Positions 27,662 through 37,041 of a stretch of DNA of 64,000 bases are shown piece after piece; the stretch's first letter is position 1, and every line of letters begins with the position of its first letter. The stretch is from NCBI GenBank assembly GCA_965243495.1, contig CBDEUZ010000007.1:30817-94816 (forward strand), written 5' to 3'. The notes below the pieces were generated by a model that did no database searches, was not told the DNA's origin, and saw only the letters and a program-made list of their open reading frames with translations. The position numbers and the translations under genes are program-made. The DNA is from Dehalococcoidia bacterium. GTDB taxonomy: Bacteria > Chloroflexota > Dehalococcoidia > UBA6926.

Positions 27662-29005
27662 GTGGCCAGCAAGCCGACAATTGCTATCGTGCCGACGGGC
27701 GGCACGATTCAGAACGGGCTGCCGTTTGTGACATCGAGCAAGGCGGGCGGGCCGCTCAACGTACTGCGCGCTCAGCGACTGCATGAGCCGGTCACGGTAC
27801 GGATTCGTCGCGAGGATCGTGACGGCAACCCGGTGGGCGACGGCGACGGTGAGTTCCATGAGGTGACGCTGACGCCGGAGGACGGCCTCTATCTCCTGCC
27901 TTACATGGAGCCCGGGCATGAGCCTCCGCAGACGTATTCTCAGTTCCATCTGACCGCCAAGCGCGTCATTGAGGAGATTGACCGTTTCAGCGTGGACACG
28001 AACGGGCGTAACGGACTGCTGTCCGACGTTGCGGATCTGCGCGTGGAGATGGTCATAGATCCGGACACTGGCGGCGAGCTGCGGCGCGGCGGCGAGACAT
28101 TTGGAATGCGTGAGCTGGTTCTCATCTCCAATACAGTCAACGAAGCAATCTCGCGGCCAGACGTGGATGCCTGCATCGTCACGCACGGAACGTTCACGAC
28201 GGAAGAGACGGCCGCTTTCCTTAACTACACCGTCAACTCGCACAAGCCGGTCGTCGTAGCGGCTTCGCAGCGCAGGCACGGCAGCGTCGGGAATGACGGC
28301 GACTGGAATCTCTGGGACGCCGTGCGCGTGGCGGCGTCGCCGGAGGCCGTGGGCAAGGGCGTGGTGGTTGTGCTGGACGAGCAGATGTTTCCGGCGCGTG
28401 AGGTGACCAAGACGAACCAGAGGCCAGGAGGGTTCGCGTCGCTGGGCGGTTCCGCGTCTGCCATTGGCTCCATCGAGGCCGACCAAGTGTCCTTCTATTT
28501 CGCGCCGACACGGCTCCACACGGCGGAGTCGCGCGTGCGAGGCGAGGGCCCCCTGCCGTTGGCCTTACCCACCGTGGACATCGTGAAGACGTACGCCGGC
28601 GCGGACGACGTACAGGTTCGGGCGCTGATAGACCGCGCCGTTTCTGAACGCGAGGCGGACGCAGCCCATCCCGGCCACGGCATCGTCGTTGAAGGATTTG
28701 CCTATAGCGGCGTGCCCCATCGATTCCAGCGGCCTGCGCTTGAAGAGGCTGTCCGGAAACACGGCATGCCTGTCGTCCTGACGAGTCGAGGACTGCGCGG
28801 GCGGATTCCCAAGGAGCCGACGCAGGACACGTTCATCACGGGGGACAACCTCTCGGGAGTCAAGGCACGGCTGCTGCTGACCCTCGCGATTCGGACGCTG
28901 GGGCCGTTGACACCGTTCGCGGATACGGATAACCCGACGCCGCAGGAACGCGAGCTTCTACTGGCCGAGATCGGGCGGTACCAGGAGATATTTGACACGC
29001 ACTAA
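27662..29005 (+). CDS. Asparaginase/glutaminase-family amidohydrolase, atypical
   Basis: PTGGTI, VTHGTFTTEETA, AREVTKTN, NLSGVKARLLL; long insert after TGGT; GTG start 4 nt after the amidohydrolase stop. Confidence 0.8.
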   Translation: MASKPTIAIVPTGGTIQNGLPFVTSSKAGGPLNVLRAQRLHEPVTVRIRREDRDGNPVGDGDGEFHEVTLTPEDGLYLLPYMEPGHEPPQTYSQFHLTAKRVIEEIDRFSVDTNGRNGLLSDVADLRVEMVIDPDTGGELRRGGETFGMRELVLISNTVNEAISRPDVDACIVTHGTFTTEETAAFLNYTVNSHKPVVVAASQRRHGSVGNDGDWNLWDAVRVAASPEAVGKGVVVVLDEQMFPAREVTKTNQRPGGFASLGGSASAIGSIEADQVSFYFAPTRLHTAESRVRGEGPLPLALPTVDIVKTYAGADDVQVRALIDRAVSEREADAAHPGHGIVVEGFAYSGVPHRFQRPALEEAVRKHGMPVVLTSRGLRGRIPKEPTQDTFITGDNLSGVKARLLLTLAIRTLGPLTPFADTDNPTPQERELLLAEIGRYQEIFDTH

Positions 29006-29040
29006 TCCCCTCTCCTTGGGGAGAGGGCTAGGGTGAGGGG
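29006..29040. repeat. CCCTCTCC-GGAGAGGG-GGGTGAGGG type intergenic palindrome
   Basis: tcccctctccttggggagagggctagggtgagggg between the asparaginase and pgi genes. Confidence 0.55.
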
Positions 29041-29044
29041 CAGC

Positions 29045-30673
29045 ATGGCACAAGCGGATGCGGTTCCCGAACGCATTGAGGCGCGTCTGCGGCAGTGGGC
29101 GGCAGACGGATTCGTCAGGCGGATGCTGGAGCGCGACCCGACGCTGTGGGCGCCACGCGGCACGCCTGAGATTGAGAATCGACTCGGCTGGCTCGATCTT
29201 CCCTTAACCATGGCGCCCAAGATCGGGGACCTGACGCAGTTTGGTCGTGAAGTTGCAAGCGAGGGTTTCACTAACGTTGTCGTTCTGGGCATGGGCGGCT
29301 CAAGCCTTGCGCCGGAGGTCTTTCAGACCACGTTCGGCAACGCCGTTGGACATCCTCGCCTTACCGTATTGGACAGCACCCATCCGGCCGCCGTAACCGC
29401 GCTGGCAGATGCTATTGACCTACCGCGAACGCTGTTCGTCGTGTCCAGCAAGTCGGGCACCACGACAGAGATGCTTTCGTTCTTCTACTACTTCTGGGCG
29501 AGGCTAACCGAAGCGGGCATTGACCCCGGCCCACACTTTGTTGCCGTGACGGATCCCGGCACGCCGCTGGAGCGGTTGGCGCAGGAGCGTGGGTTCCGCC
29601 GCGTGTTCTCTGCGCCGACGGACGTTGGCGGCCGCTACTCTGCCCTCTGCGAATTCGGCCTCGTTCCGGCAGCCCTCATCGGCATTGATGTCGGCGAGCT
29701 GCTCGCGACCGTTCATTCGGCTCGTGACACATCGGATGAGGAATTAGGATTCGCACTCGGCTTGGGGGCAAGGATCGGTGAATGCGCGCTGGCGGGTCGT
29801 GACAAGTTGACCTTTGTCACATCACCGAGCCTGCGCAGTCTGCCAACGTGGATCGAGCAACTCATCGCCGAGAGCACTGGCAAGCTCGACGTTGGAATAG
29901 TTCCCATCGACCAGGAGCCTGTTTGGGACTACCCCGACTACGGCCATGATCGAGTGATAGTCTACATCGGCCTGCGGACCGAGCCGGAGCAGGAGAAGCG
30001 CGAGAACGTGCAGAGCCTTGTGCCGGAATGGGCCCACGTTTCGCAGATCATCGAGGACGCCCACGAAATCAGCAGGCTCATGATGCGGTGGGAGATCGCC
30101 ACCGCCGCCGCGGGAGCCGTGTTGGGCATCAACCCATTCGATCAGCCGGACGTCCAGTTGGCCAAGGACCTGGCACGTGAAGCGATGGCGGGCGGCGGCT
30201 CATCTCAGGATTCGGGGCGCATCATCTCCATTGATGATGCCGGTCTGGAATCTGGAGCATCAAAGTGGCTGGAATCGGCATCGGCAGGCGACTACATCGG
30301 GCTGCATGCCTACCTCGCACCAAGTAATGAGACCTGGGAGGGCATCCGGAGCCTGCGAAGTGTCCTGGGAAGCAAGGCGCGTGTCGCAACGACCGCCGGC
30401 TATGGCCCCCGATTCCTCCATTCCACGGGGCAGCTCCACAAGGGCGGCGCGAACAATGGTCTTTTCCTGCAGATTGTGGATGATGCCACGGCGAACGACG
30501 TTGCTGTGCCTGAAACCGACTATACATTTGGGCAGCTCCTTACGGCGCAGGCAGCAGGCGACGCCGGCGCATTACTGCAGCGTGGGCGGCGCGTGTTGCG
30601 AGTGAACGTTGGCACGGACGCACGGGCCGGGCTGGAGCGGTTAACCTCGCTATTCAAGGACCTGGCAGAATAG
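29045..30673 (+). CDS. pgi: Glucose-6-phosphate isomerase (Tal/Pgi-type Pgi domain)
   Basis: NRLGWL, LGMGGSSL, SSKSGTTTE, GGRYSAL, WIEQLIAESTGK, INPFDQPDVQLAK, GPRFLHSTGQLHKGG. Confidence 0.92.
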   Translation: MAQADAVPERIEARLRQWAADGFVRRMLERDPTLWAPRGTPEIENRLGWLDLPLTMAPKIGDLTQFGREVASEGFTNVVVLGMGGSSLAPEVFQTTFGNAVGHPRLTVLDSTHPAAVTALADAIDLPRTLFVVSSKSGTTTEMLSFFYYFWARLTEAGIDPGPHFVAVTDPGTPLERLAQERGFRRVFSAPTDVGGRYSALCEFGLVPAALIGIDVGELLATVHSARDTSDEELGFALGLGARIGECALAGRDKLTFVTSPSLRSLPTWIEQLIAESTGKLDVGIVPIDQEPVWDYPDYGHDRVIVYIGLRTEPEQEKRENVQSLVPEWAHVSQIIEDAHEISRLMMRWEIATAAAGAVLGINPFDQPDVQLAKDLAREAMAGGGSSQDSGRIISIDDAGLESGASKWLESASAGDYIGLHAYLAPSNETWEGIRSLRSVLGSKARVATTAGYGPRFLHSTGQLHKGGANNGLFLQIVDDATANDVAVPETDYTFGQLLTAQAAGDAGALLQRGRRVLRVNVGTDARAGLERLTSLFKDLAE

Positions 30674-30759
30674 CCGTCAAACGCGTCCGCCACCCGAAGT
30701 CGTATTCCCCATGTTGTGGTATCCCGTGCCATAATGGATAACCCAGTCGTCATATTCGG

Positions 30760-30846
30760 GCCGAGGTGGCGGAACGGCAGACGCGCTGCGTTCAGGGCGC
30801 AGTGCCCCTAGCGGGCGTGAGAGTTCAAATCTCTCCCTCGGCACCA
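30760..30846 (+). tRNA. tRNA-Leu(CAG)
   Basis: Acceptor GCCGAGG/CCTCGGC, anticodon stem CTGCG-TTCAGGG-CGCAG, long variable arm, encoded CCA. Confidence 0.97.
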
Positions 30847-30892
30847 CACGACAGTCTGGGCAAATGTGGCCGAAGACGGCCATGAGTGACAC

Positions 30893-30970
30893 GCGCTTGT
30901 AGCTCAGTCTGGATAGAGCGCAGCCCTGCGGAGGCTGAGGCCGTGGGTTCGAGTCCCGCCAAGCGCGCCA
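30893..30970 (+). tRNA. tRNA-Arg(GCG)
   Basis: Acceptor GCGCTTG/CAAGCGC, anticodon stem CAGCC-CTGCGGA-GGCTG, TTCGAGT loop, encoded CCA. Confidence 0.95.
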
Positions 30971-31011
30971 CTTTCTCTCTCGTCAGTGCTATGGAGTACC
31001 CTGAGACGTGA

Positions 31012-31085
31012 GGGCGGCTAGCTCAGCTGGTTAGAGCGTCTGCTTTACACGCAGAAGGCCGGGGGTTCGAGCCCCTCGCCGCCCA
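31012..31085 (+). tRNA. tRNA-Val(TAC)
   Basis: Acceptor GGGCGGC/GCCGCCC, anticodon stem TCTGC-TTTACAC-GCAGA; CCA not fully encoded (ACCC). Confidence 0.96.
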
Positions 31086-31472
31086 CCCTCCCCGGATCGG
31101 CGGACAACGAGGCCGGATCCCGATGTTCCGTGTCTGCCGCGTCGGTGCCATTGCCCAGTAAGAAACCAGCAATCAATTTCCCACCTGAGCCGGTGAACTC
31201 CCTGCCGCCCATCTCTTGTTGGATCGGCTAGAACGCGCCAAACCAAACTGCCACGCTTCGCATCCGGAGCTGTATCAGCAAGCCCGTCCTGCTCGGCTTT
31301 CGTTCTCCCAAAACTCATAAATCCGCCCCATACGGGCCAACTCTGCGGCATTTTGCCCAATAATTACAAAAGGTGATGTTAGTTCGTTCAAATAGCGTCA
31401 AATAGTTACGGAGTAGTTATATTCAGTGTCTATAGTTATGCGCAGAATCGTAACTGGGTGGGGAGGTGTAAC

Positions 31473-33506
31473 ATGTCTCTCGTCCGAAGCACAACTGCGC
31501 GGAAAGCAACGTGGCCCGCAGCGATGGCGGCCATCGCTACCCTCATTACCCTCATCGCCTTGGCGACGTTGCTGATGGTCAACACAGCGCAAGCCCAATC
31601 CGATACGTCGGAGCCCGTCCTCATGTTGGGGAGTGTGAACGGGAATGGGCTGACCCTGGAAGTCAGCGAGGCCCTGGACATCGGCTCGGTGCCGACAGAC
31701 AGCGTGTTCGTGCTGCGCGAGGTAGAGAACGGCACGATCCCGACCCTGAACGGCACTGTCCGCCACGGCGAGAAGGTCACGCTGAATCTTGCTCGTGCCG
31801 CCGCGGAACCCGGGCCCCATCCCAACGCCATCCACGAGGTCACAGCCGCATCGTACGCACTGGGGAACGACGCCGGAGAGCCGCCTGGCGTGCAGAGTAT
31901 GCCTGTACTGCAAGACCCCGCCGCTGCGACAGCGACGCCGGAGGCAACGGCTGCGCCAACGCCGACTGCGACGCCTGAACCGACCGTCGAGGAACAGTGT
32001 ACTGAGGCAGTAGAGAATACACCCATGAGGGCATGGAGCAATCCGGATCCCAACACGCTGATTTCTGCGTGTATCGGCGCTGTCAACGCGGGACTTGGAA
32101 CTGCGCAGGAAATCGTCAATACCTTTGCGAATATCGATTTCTCAACCAACCTGAACAACATGGGCAACGCCTATCGAAACGCCGGTATCCCCGTAAACGC
32201 CGGTATCCCCGTTGCGAACGCGACGCCCGAGCCGGCTGGGTTGAATGATGCGCCCGGCTCGCCTCCCGTATCACAGGCGACACCCACGCCGCGTAACAGT
32301 GACAGCGGGCGTATCGCCACCCAAAGGACCAGTAGCGTGGCAGGGGGGCCTGCGGGATGTAACTCTCATCGCTTTGCGCGGATCATGAACTTCACCAACG
32401 TTCAGCAACGCGTCAGGATAGCGTCTGGCGCATTTTCCGAGAACATCCCGGGAGTGACGTGGACAGATGATGCGCCTGCGCAAGCCTCGACGGACGGCAA
32501 CACGGTGATTTACCCGCCCTACCGGTCCCTCAGGACTGAATCGTTCACTGAAACTGTGGAGTGGATGAGCCCTGAATTCAGTGTTCAGTCGGGTGAGACT
32601 CGCGCCGCTGCAATTGCTTGCCATACAGCCGAGGCGAAGAGGCAGGCGTACCTGTATGCAGCTGACAATGGGAAGGCCTGGGCCAATGCGACCGGCATGC
32701 GCATCGTTGTTCGACCGAGCGTCGATGTTCACGAGCGGGAACTCGACGGCAAGACGCTCATCTCGATCTCTGCCTTTGCGACCGTCTCGGGAAGGTACAG
32801 CGTTCTGAATGACCCCGATCGATACCATCGTGCCCATGGAGCAGTGAATGCTCTTGAGAGGGATAGAGTTCATCCCGGATCGCCGCGCGAGGCTTTCTTC
32901 ACCGAGGACGGCGAGCGCAAGCAGTACACGCATATTGACGGGCACAAGATGCGGATTCCGGGCGGTGGGGACGTTGAGATTCATCAGGACTCTTACCAGC
33001 AGTGCCCGCGAGGCACGAGCGACACGGCGCTCGCGTTCTATAAGCTGTTCGGGCAAGGTTCATGCCTCGTTGTTGAGACGACGACTCTGGATGAATGGTA
33101 CACGCTGAAGGGGCCTGTCGAGAGCAACCCGCTCTACGATCACCAGAGCCTCGTCTACAGGGGCACGACCTATCGCATGACCGGCAAGATTCACCAGATC
33201 AACCTGGACGGGACGATCGTGTTTGAGGTCGAAGTCCTCCCGCCGCCAACCTTCTCGACCAACTCTGGCGCGGATCAAAGCTGGACTTCCGGAACGGCGA
33301 TAACCAACATCACGGTTCCTGAAGCGACCTCTGAGTCAGCGGTCACGTATGGCGTTGTCGGTAGCCTGCCTGCTGGACTCTCGTTCAGCGCAACAACTCG
33401 TGTTATCAGCGGAACGCCAACAACTGCTGGATCAGGCACGATCACGATTCGTGCGACGAATGCCGGAGGCACTGCTGACTGGACGGTGGACTACACCATC
33501 ACGTAA
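31473..33506 (+). CDS. Secreted protein: signal peptide, SwmB-like repeat, PT linker, unknown core, C-terminal putative Ig (He_PIG) domain
   Basis: AQAQS signal cleavage; VNGNGLTLEVSEALD...VTLNLA; SLPAGLSFSATTRVISGTPTTAGSGTITIRATN; GGAGG SD before ATG 31473. Confidence 0.75.
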   Translation: MSLVRSTTARKATWPAAMAAIATLITLIALATLLMVNTAQAQSDTSEPVLMLGSVNGNGLTLEVSEALDIGSVPTDSVFVLREVENGTIPTLNGTVRHGEKVTLNLARAAAEPGPHPNAIHEVTAASYALGNDAGEPPGVQSMPVLQDPAAATATPEATAAPTPTATPEPTVEEQCTEAVENTPMRAWSNPDPNTLISACIGAVNAGLGTAQEIVNTFANIDFSTNLNNMGNAYRNAGIPVNAGIPVANATPEPAGLNDAPGSPPVSQATPTPRNSDSGRIATQRTSSVAGGPAGCNSHRFARIMNFTNVQQRVRIASGAFSENIPGVTWTDDAPAQASTDGNTVIYPPYRSLRTESFTETVEWMSPEFSVQSGETRAAAIACHTAEAKRQAYLYAADNGKAWANATGMRIVVRPSVDVHERELDGKTLISISAFATVSGRYSVLNDPDRYHRAHGAVNALERDRVHPGSPREAFFTEDGERKQYTHIDGHKMRIPGGGDVEIHQDSYQQCPRGTSDTALAFYKLFGQGSCLVVETTTLDEWYTLKGPVESNPLYDHQSLVYRGTTYRMTGKIHQINLDGTIVFEVEVLPPPTFSTNSGADQSWTSGTAITNITVPEATSESAVTYGVVGSLPAGLSFSATTRVISGTPTTAGSGTITIRATNAGGTADWTVDYTIT

Positions 33507-33533
33507 GACCTCAACAACAGGCTCCGGTCAATC

Positions 33534-33570
33534 AGAGCCCTCGCACTTCGGTGCGGGGGCTCTTTCTTTT
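33534..33570 (+). terminator. Rho-independent terminator
   Basis: AGAGCCCTCGCAC-TTCG-GTGCGGGGGCTCT followed by TTCTTTT. Confidence 0.9.
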
Positions 33571-33887
33571 GAGCGGTATAGTGGCGGCCATGCCTTCACT
33601 AAAGGACATCCGCAAGAACACGAATCTGAAAGCCCGGAGCACGGATGGCCTCTACGCTGAAGTGAAGGCCCTCGGAGGACCGTGGGGCGAGCAGAGTTCA
33701 CAGATAAGATGCTTGGGAAGGGCATGATCCTGTTCCGGCGATACGGCGGCGAGCATCCTGTATTCCGCAGTGGCAATTGCCGTCCTTGTGCGCGCCCGCG
33801 TCTTCGTCCTGTACATTCTGTTGGCGATGCTGGGCCCTTGCCTCGCAGGGTACACGGCCAACTGGCTCATCTAGTCCGATACCGCGG

Positions 33888-36869
33888 CTATTTCTCCAAA
33901 AACATAGTCACGTAGTCGGCGCTGACGTTTGGCATGGTGAGGCCGATTCCCGATAGCGCTTCGGCGAACTTGCTGATGTCGTAGACGCTGGTGTCCGACA
34001 GATACGGCTCTACTGAGTCCAGCGAACGGAGCAGCATCTTCAACTCAAGGTCATCATCGTGGTCGGCCGTTTCTTGTAGCCTCACCTTCCACTCCGCCAA
34101 CGGAACCCGTTCCGTGATGTGACCGTTGCGTTCCATGAGATCAAAGACCTTGTCCGCCGGAACCGGATCCTGTTGGACCACGTTGTAGACCCTCCCGAGA
34201 TGATCCGGGTCATTGGCGATCTTACTGATTGCAGAGACGAGGAAATCGACGGGGGTCATCTCAAAGAACCAGTCCGGCGCGTGGGGCGCGCTGCCGAGGC
34301 GGGCGCAGGCCTTGAGGATCAGCAGCAGAAAATCATTCGGATTACCCGTGCCCGTGCCACTGTGGTGGCCGATGTTGCCGGGTCGATACAGACACACCGG
34401 CAGTCCCCGTGAGACGGAATGCCAGACCAGCCGCTCTGCGACCCACTTCGACTGGTTATACCCCCCCTCCATCCGGTTCACCCAGGAATCAATCTCGTTG
34501 TTCTCCAGGTACGGGGTGGTGTCCCCACCGGGGAAGACGCCGTTGGATGAGATGTACTGCAGTGTCTTTGGCCTGCCGGTCGTGGCGAATCTGAGCACCT
34601 CTGTCGTGCCACCGACGGTGTGGGGCTTGGAGGCCGAATACGGGTAGACGTAATTGACAGAGGCGGCGCAGTGGAATACCAAATCGACCTTTTCGGCCAG
34701 CTCAAAATACTTGTCGCCGCCCAACCCCATTAGCGGCTGGGTGAGGTCTCCTGAGACAGTGATGATCCGGTCACTCTCGGATTGGCTGGGGAGCCCGTAG
34801 AATTTCAACGTCTCCAATACCCGATTGGACGTGCCACCCTCTCCGGCATCGCCGTCACGCGCCAGGCAATAGAACGTGGTATCCGGCCCTGTGGACCGCA
34901 TCAGCTGATCGAGCAGGAATGCGCCGAGGAATCCGGTCGTCCCCGTGACAAAGATGGAGGATGCCTCGCTCAACCGCATAAAGCTAACCTGGCCTTGGGG
35001 TGTAATCTCCGGGTCGAGCTGTGCATCCTGGGCCAGTGTGGCGCCGGTCGCCGCTCCCCCTGCCCCGCCATTTTCGAGGTATGCCGCCAGTTCACCGATG
35101 GTGGGGTACTCGTACACCTCGACACCGCTCAGTTCTCTTCCGAATGTCTCCTCTATGGCAATCGTGAGAGACATGCCCGCCAACGAGTGGCCGCCGAGAT
35201 CAAAGAAATTCCAGTCGTCCTCAAGATCGTCGAGGTTGAGTTCCAGCGTCTCGGCCCAGAGTTCCCGCAGGGCCGCGCGCCGCTCGTTCGCCGTGGACTT
35301 CTCTGTCAGCCTTGTTCGCCGCCCGGCAGGCGATGCCCCGTTGCGCAGCGACGGCAAGGCCTTCCTTTGCAGCTTGCCGGTCTGCTGATTGATCGGCAGG
35401 GCGTCCATTTCAATGAAGTGAGACGGGACGGAGTAGAGAGGCAGATACCGCTCGAGGAGATTTCGCAGATCCCTGCTCGCTCCACTTCGAGCGTCCAGTT
35501 TCCAGAAGGCGTTTGGGCCTCGAACAACATACGCAACCAATCGCTTACTGGTCTCGTCCAGGTCTTCAACAACAACGGCCGCATCCGCGGCGTCACAGTG
35601 TCGGCGCAGCATCTCTTCAATGGCGCCGAGATACACGGTGTATCCCCTGATCTTGACCATGGAATCGGTCCGGCCCACGATCGTCGTCATGCCATCAGGC
35701 GCAACTTCTGCAAGATCACCAGTAGCGTAGTAGCGCTCGCCATCCAGAGTGACAAACCTCTCGGCATCCAGATCGGGCCTCTTGAGGTAGCCACGCGCCA
35801 CGCCCTGACCGCCGATGAGCAGCTCCCCTACACCACTCGTCTCCACGGCGGAGCCATCCTCCGGGCGTACGCGGAGCTCCACGCCGTCCATCGCATAACC
35901 GACCGGGCACGTGTCCATCCCATCCAGCGACAGATCGGTCAGGTCAATGGTGCAGACATCGTGGGTCTCACTGATGCTGTAGGTGTTGAACAAGCGGGCG
36001 TTTGGCGGCAGGACGTCCCGGGCTTGCCTGAGCAGGCTGACAGGCACCACCTCTCCGTTCAGCCAAACGACGCGCAGTGACGACATCTGTTGCCGGAGTT
36101 GCTCATGATCTGCTGAGTTCAGGGCGCTCTGCAGCAATGACGGCGTGAACAGAATCTCGGAAAGCTGATTCTCTGAGATGTACCTGGCGAGCGTCCTCGG
36201 CATGAATATGACTTCATCCGGAATCACATACACCGTCCCGCCCTTTAGAAGCGGCCGCAGGAACTCCCAGGGAAAGAAGATGTTGCAGCCGACACGGTCT
36301 CCAACGCGGTAGGAACTGTACGTGTACCTGGCGTCGTAGGAGGACATCATCGCTCCCACACTCAGCATCACGCCTTTCGGATCACCGGTGGTACCGGAGG
36401 TATAGGGGATGAATGCCAGATCATGACTATCAGTGTTCGTCGCACGGTCTGCCGGCTCATATCCTCGCCAGGAGTGGTCACTATCAACGGGGAGTATCAG
36501 AGTCCCATTGAACTCAGCCAGTTTGGGCAGGAATCGCTCTTTGGTGAGCACGACCTTCGGCTGCGCCTCAGCTACGATGCCGTACAGCAGGGGTTCAGGT
36601 GAGTCAACGGCCATGGGCATGAATGCCCCGCCGGCCTTTAGTGTTGCGATGGCCCCGACGATATATTCAAAGCACGTATCCATGAATATGCCCACGGGAT
36701 CATCGGTTCCCACCCCGCAGTTTCGAAGCCAGGCGCCCAGAGTGTCCGTTGCCCGGTTCAGTTCGGCATACGTCATCTGCCCATTTCCGAATACAATTGC
36801 GGTGGCATCCGGGGTGATTTCAACTTGTTTTTCAAATAATTGATGGACGCTATAGTTCACTAAAACCAT
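33888..36869 (-). CDS. Stand-alone NRPS-like reductase, A-T-R architecture
   Basis: A: YTSGTTGDPKG, TGD, KIRG, TGKL; T: FFDLGGHSL; R: VTGTTGFLG, YNQSKWVAE, YRPGNI. Confidence 0.92.
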   Translation of the reverse strand: MVLVNYSVHQLFEKQVEITPDATAIVFGNGQMTYAELNRATDTLGAWLRNCGVGTDDPVGIFMDTCFEYIVGAIATLKAGGAFMPMAVDSPEPLLYGIVAEAQPKVVLTKERFLPKLAEFNGTLILPVDSDHSWRGYEPADRATNTDSHDLAFIPYTSGTTGDPKGVMLSVGAMMSSYDARYTYSSYRVGDRVGCNIFFPWEFLRPLLKGGTVYVIPDEVIFMPRTLARYISENQLSEILFTPSLLQSALNSADHEQLRQQMSSLRVVWLNGEVVPVSLLRQARDVLPPNARLFNTYSISETHDVCTIDLTDLSLDGMDTCPVGYAMDGVELRVRPEDGSAVETSGVGELLIGGQGVARGYLKRPDLDAERFVTLDGERYYATGDLAEVAPDGMTTIVGRTDSMVKIRGYTVYLGAIEEMLRRHCDAADAAVVVEDLDETSKRLVAYVVRGPNAFWKLDARSGASRDLRNLLERYLPLYSVPSHFIEMDALPINQQTGKLQRKALPSLRNGASPAGRRTRLTEKSTANERRAALRELWAETLELNLDDLEDDWNFFDLGGHSLAGMSLTIAIEETFGRELSGVEVYEYPTIGELAAYLENGGAGGAATGATLAQDAQLDPEITPQGQVSFMRLSEASSIFVTGTTGFLGAFLLDQLMRSTGPDTTFYCLARDGDAGEGGTSNRVLETLKFYGLPSQSESDRIITVSGDLTQPLMGLGGDKYFELAEKVDLVFHCAASVNYVYPYSASKPHTVGGTTEVLRFATTGRPKTLQYISSNGVFPGGDTTPYLENNEIDSWVNRMEGGYNQSKWVAERLVWHSVSRGLPVCLYRPGNIGHHSGTGTGNPNDFLLLILKACARLGSAPHAPDWFFEMTPVDFLVSAISKIANDPDHLGRVYNVVQQDPVPADKVFDLMERNGHITERVPLAEWKVRLQETADHDDDLELKMLLRSLDSVEPYLSDTSVYDISKFAEALSGIGLTMPNVSADYVTMFLEK

Positions 36870-37041
36870 CTTGTCTTCCCCCACCACCTCGGACCTGACC
36901 TCTAGGGAACAGGTAACCAATGAATCAGCTAAATGTTGATGGTCGATTTTACAGGAACGTTAAAGCAATGTAAAATCCAGATGTGGCTTTACGCCGTTGG
37001 CTTGGTCGGATGTCTCACCTAAATGGAAGGGATGGTCTTTT

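Noticed and set aside
30677-31360. Minus-strand ORFs 30677-30892 and 31031-31360
   Set aside because: They overlap tRNA genes antisense and have no protein features.
31012-31460. Integrative element/prophage at tRNA-Val
   Set aside because: No integrase and no repeat of the tRNA 3' end found by eye in the window; an element extending beyond the window cannot be excluded.
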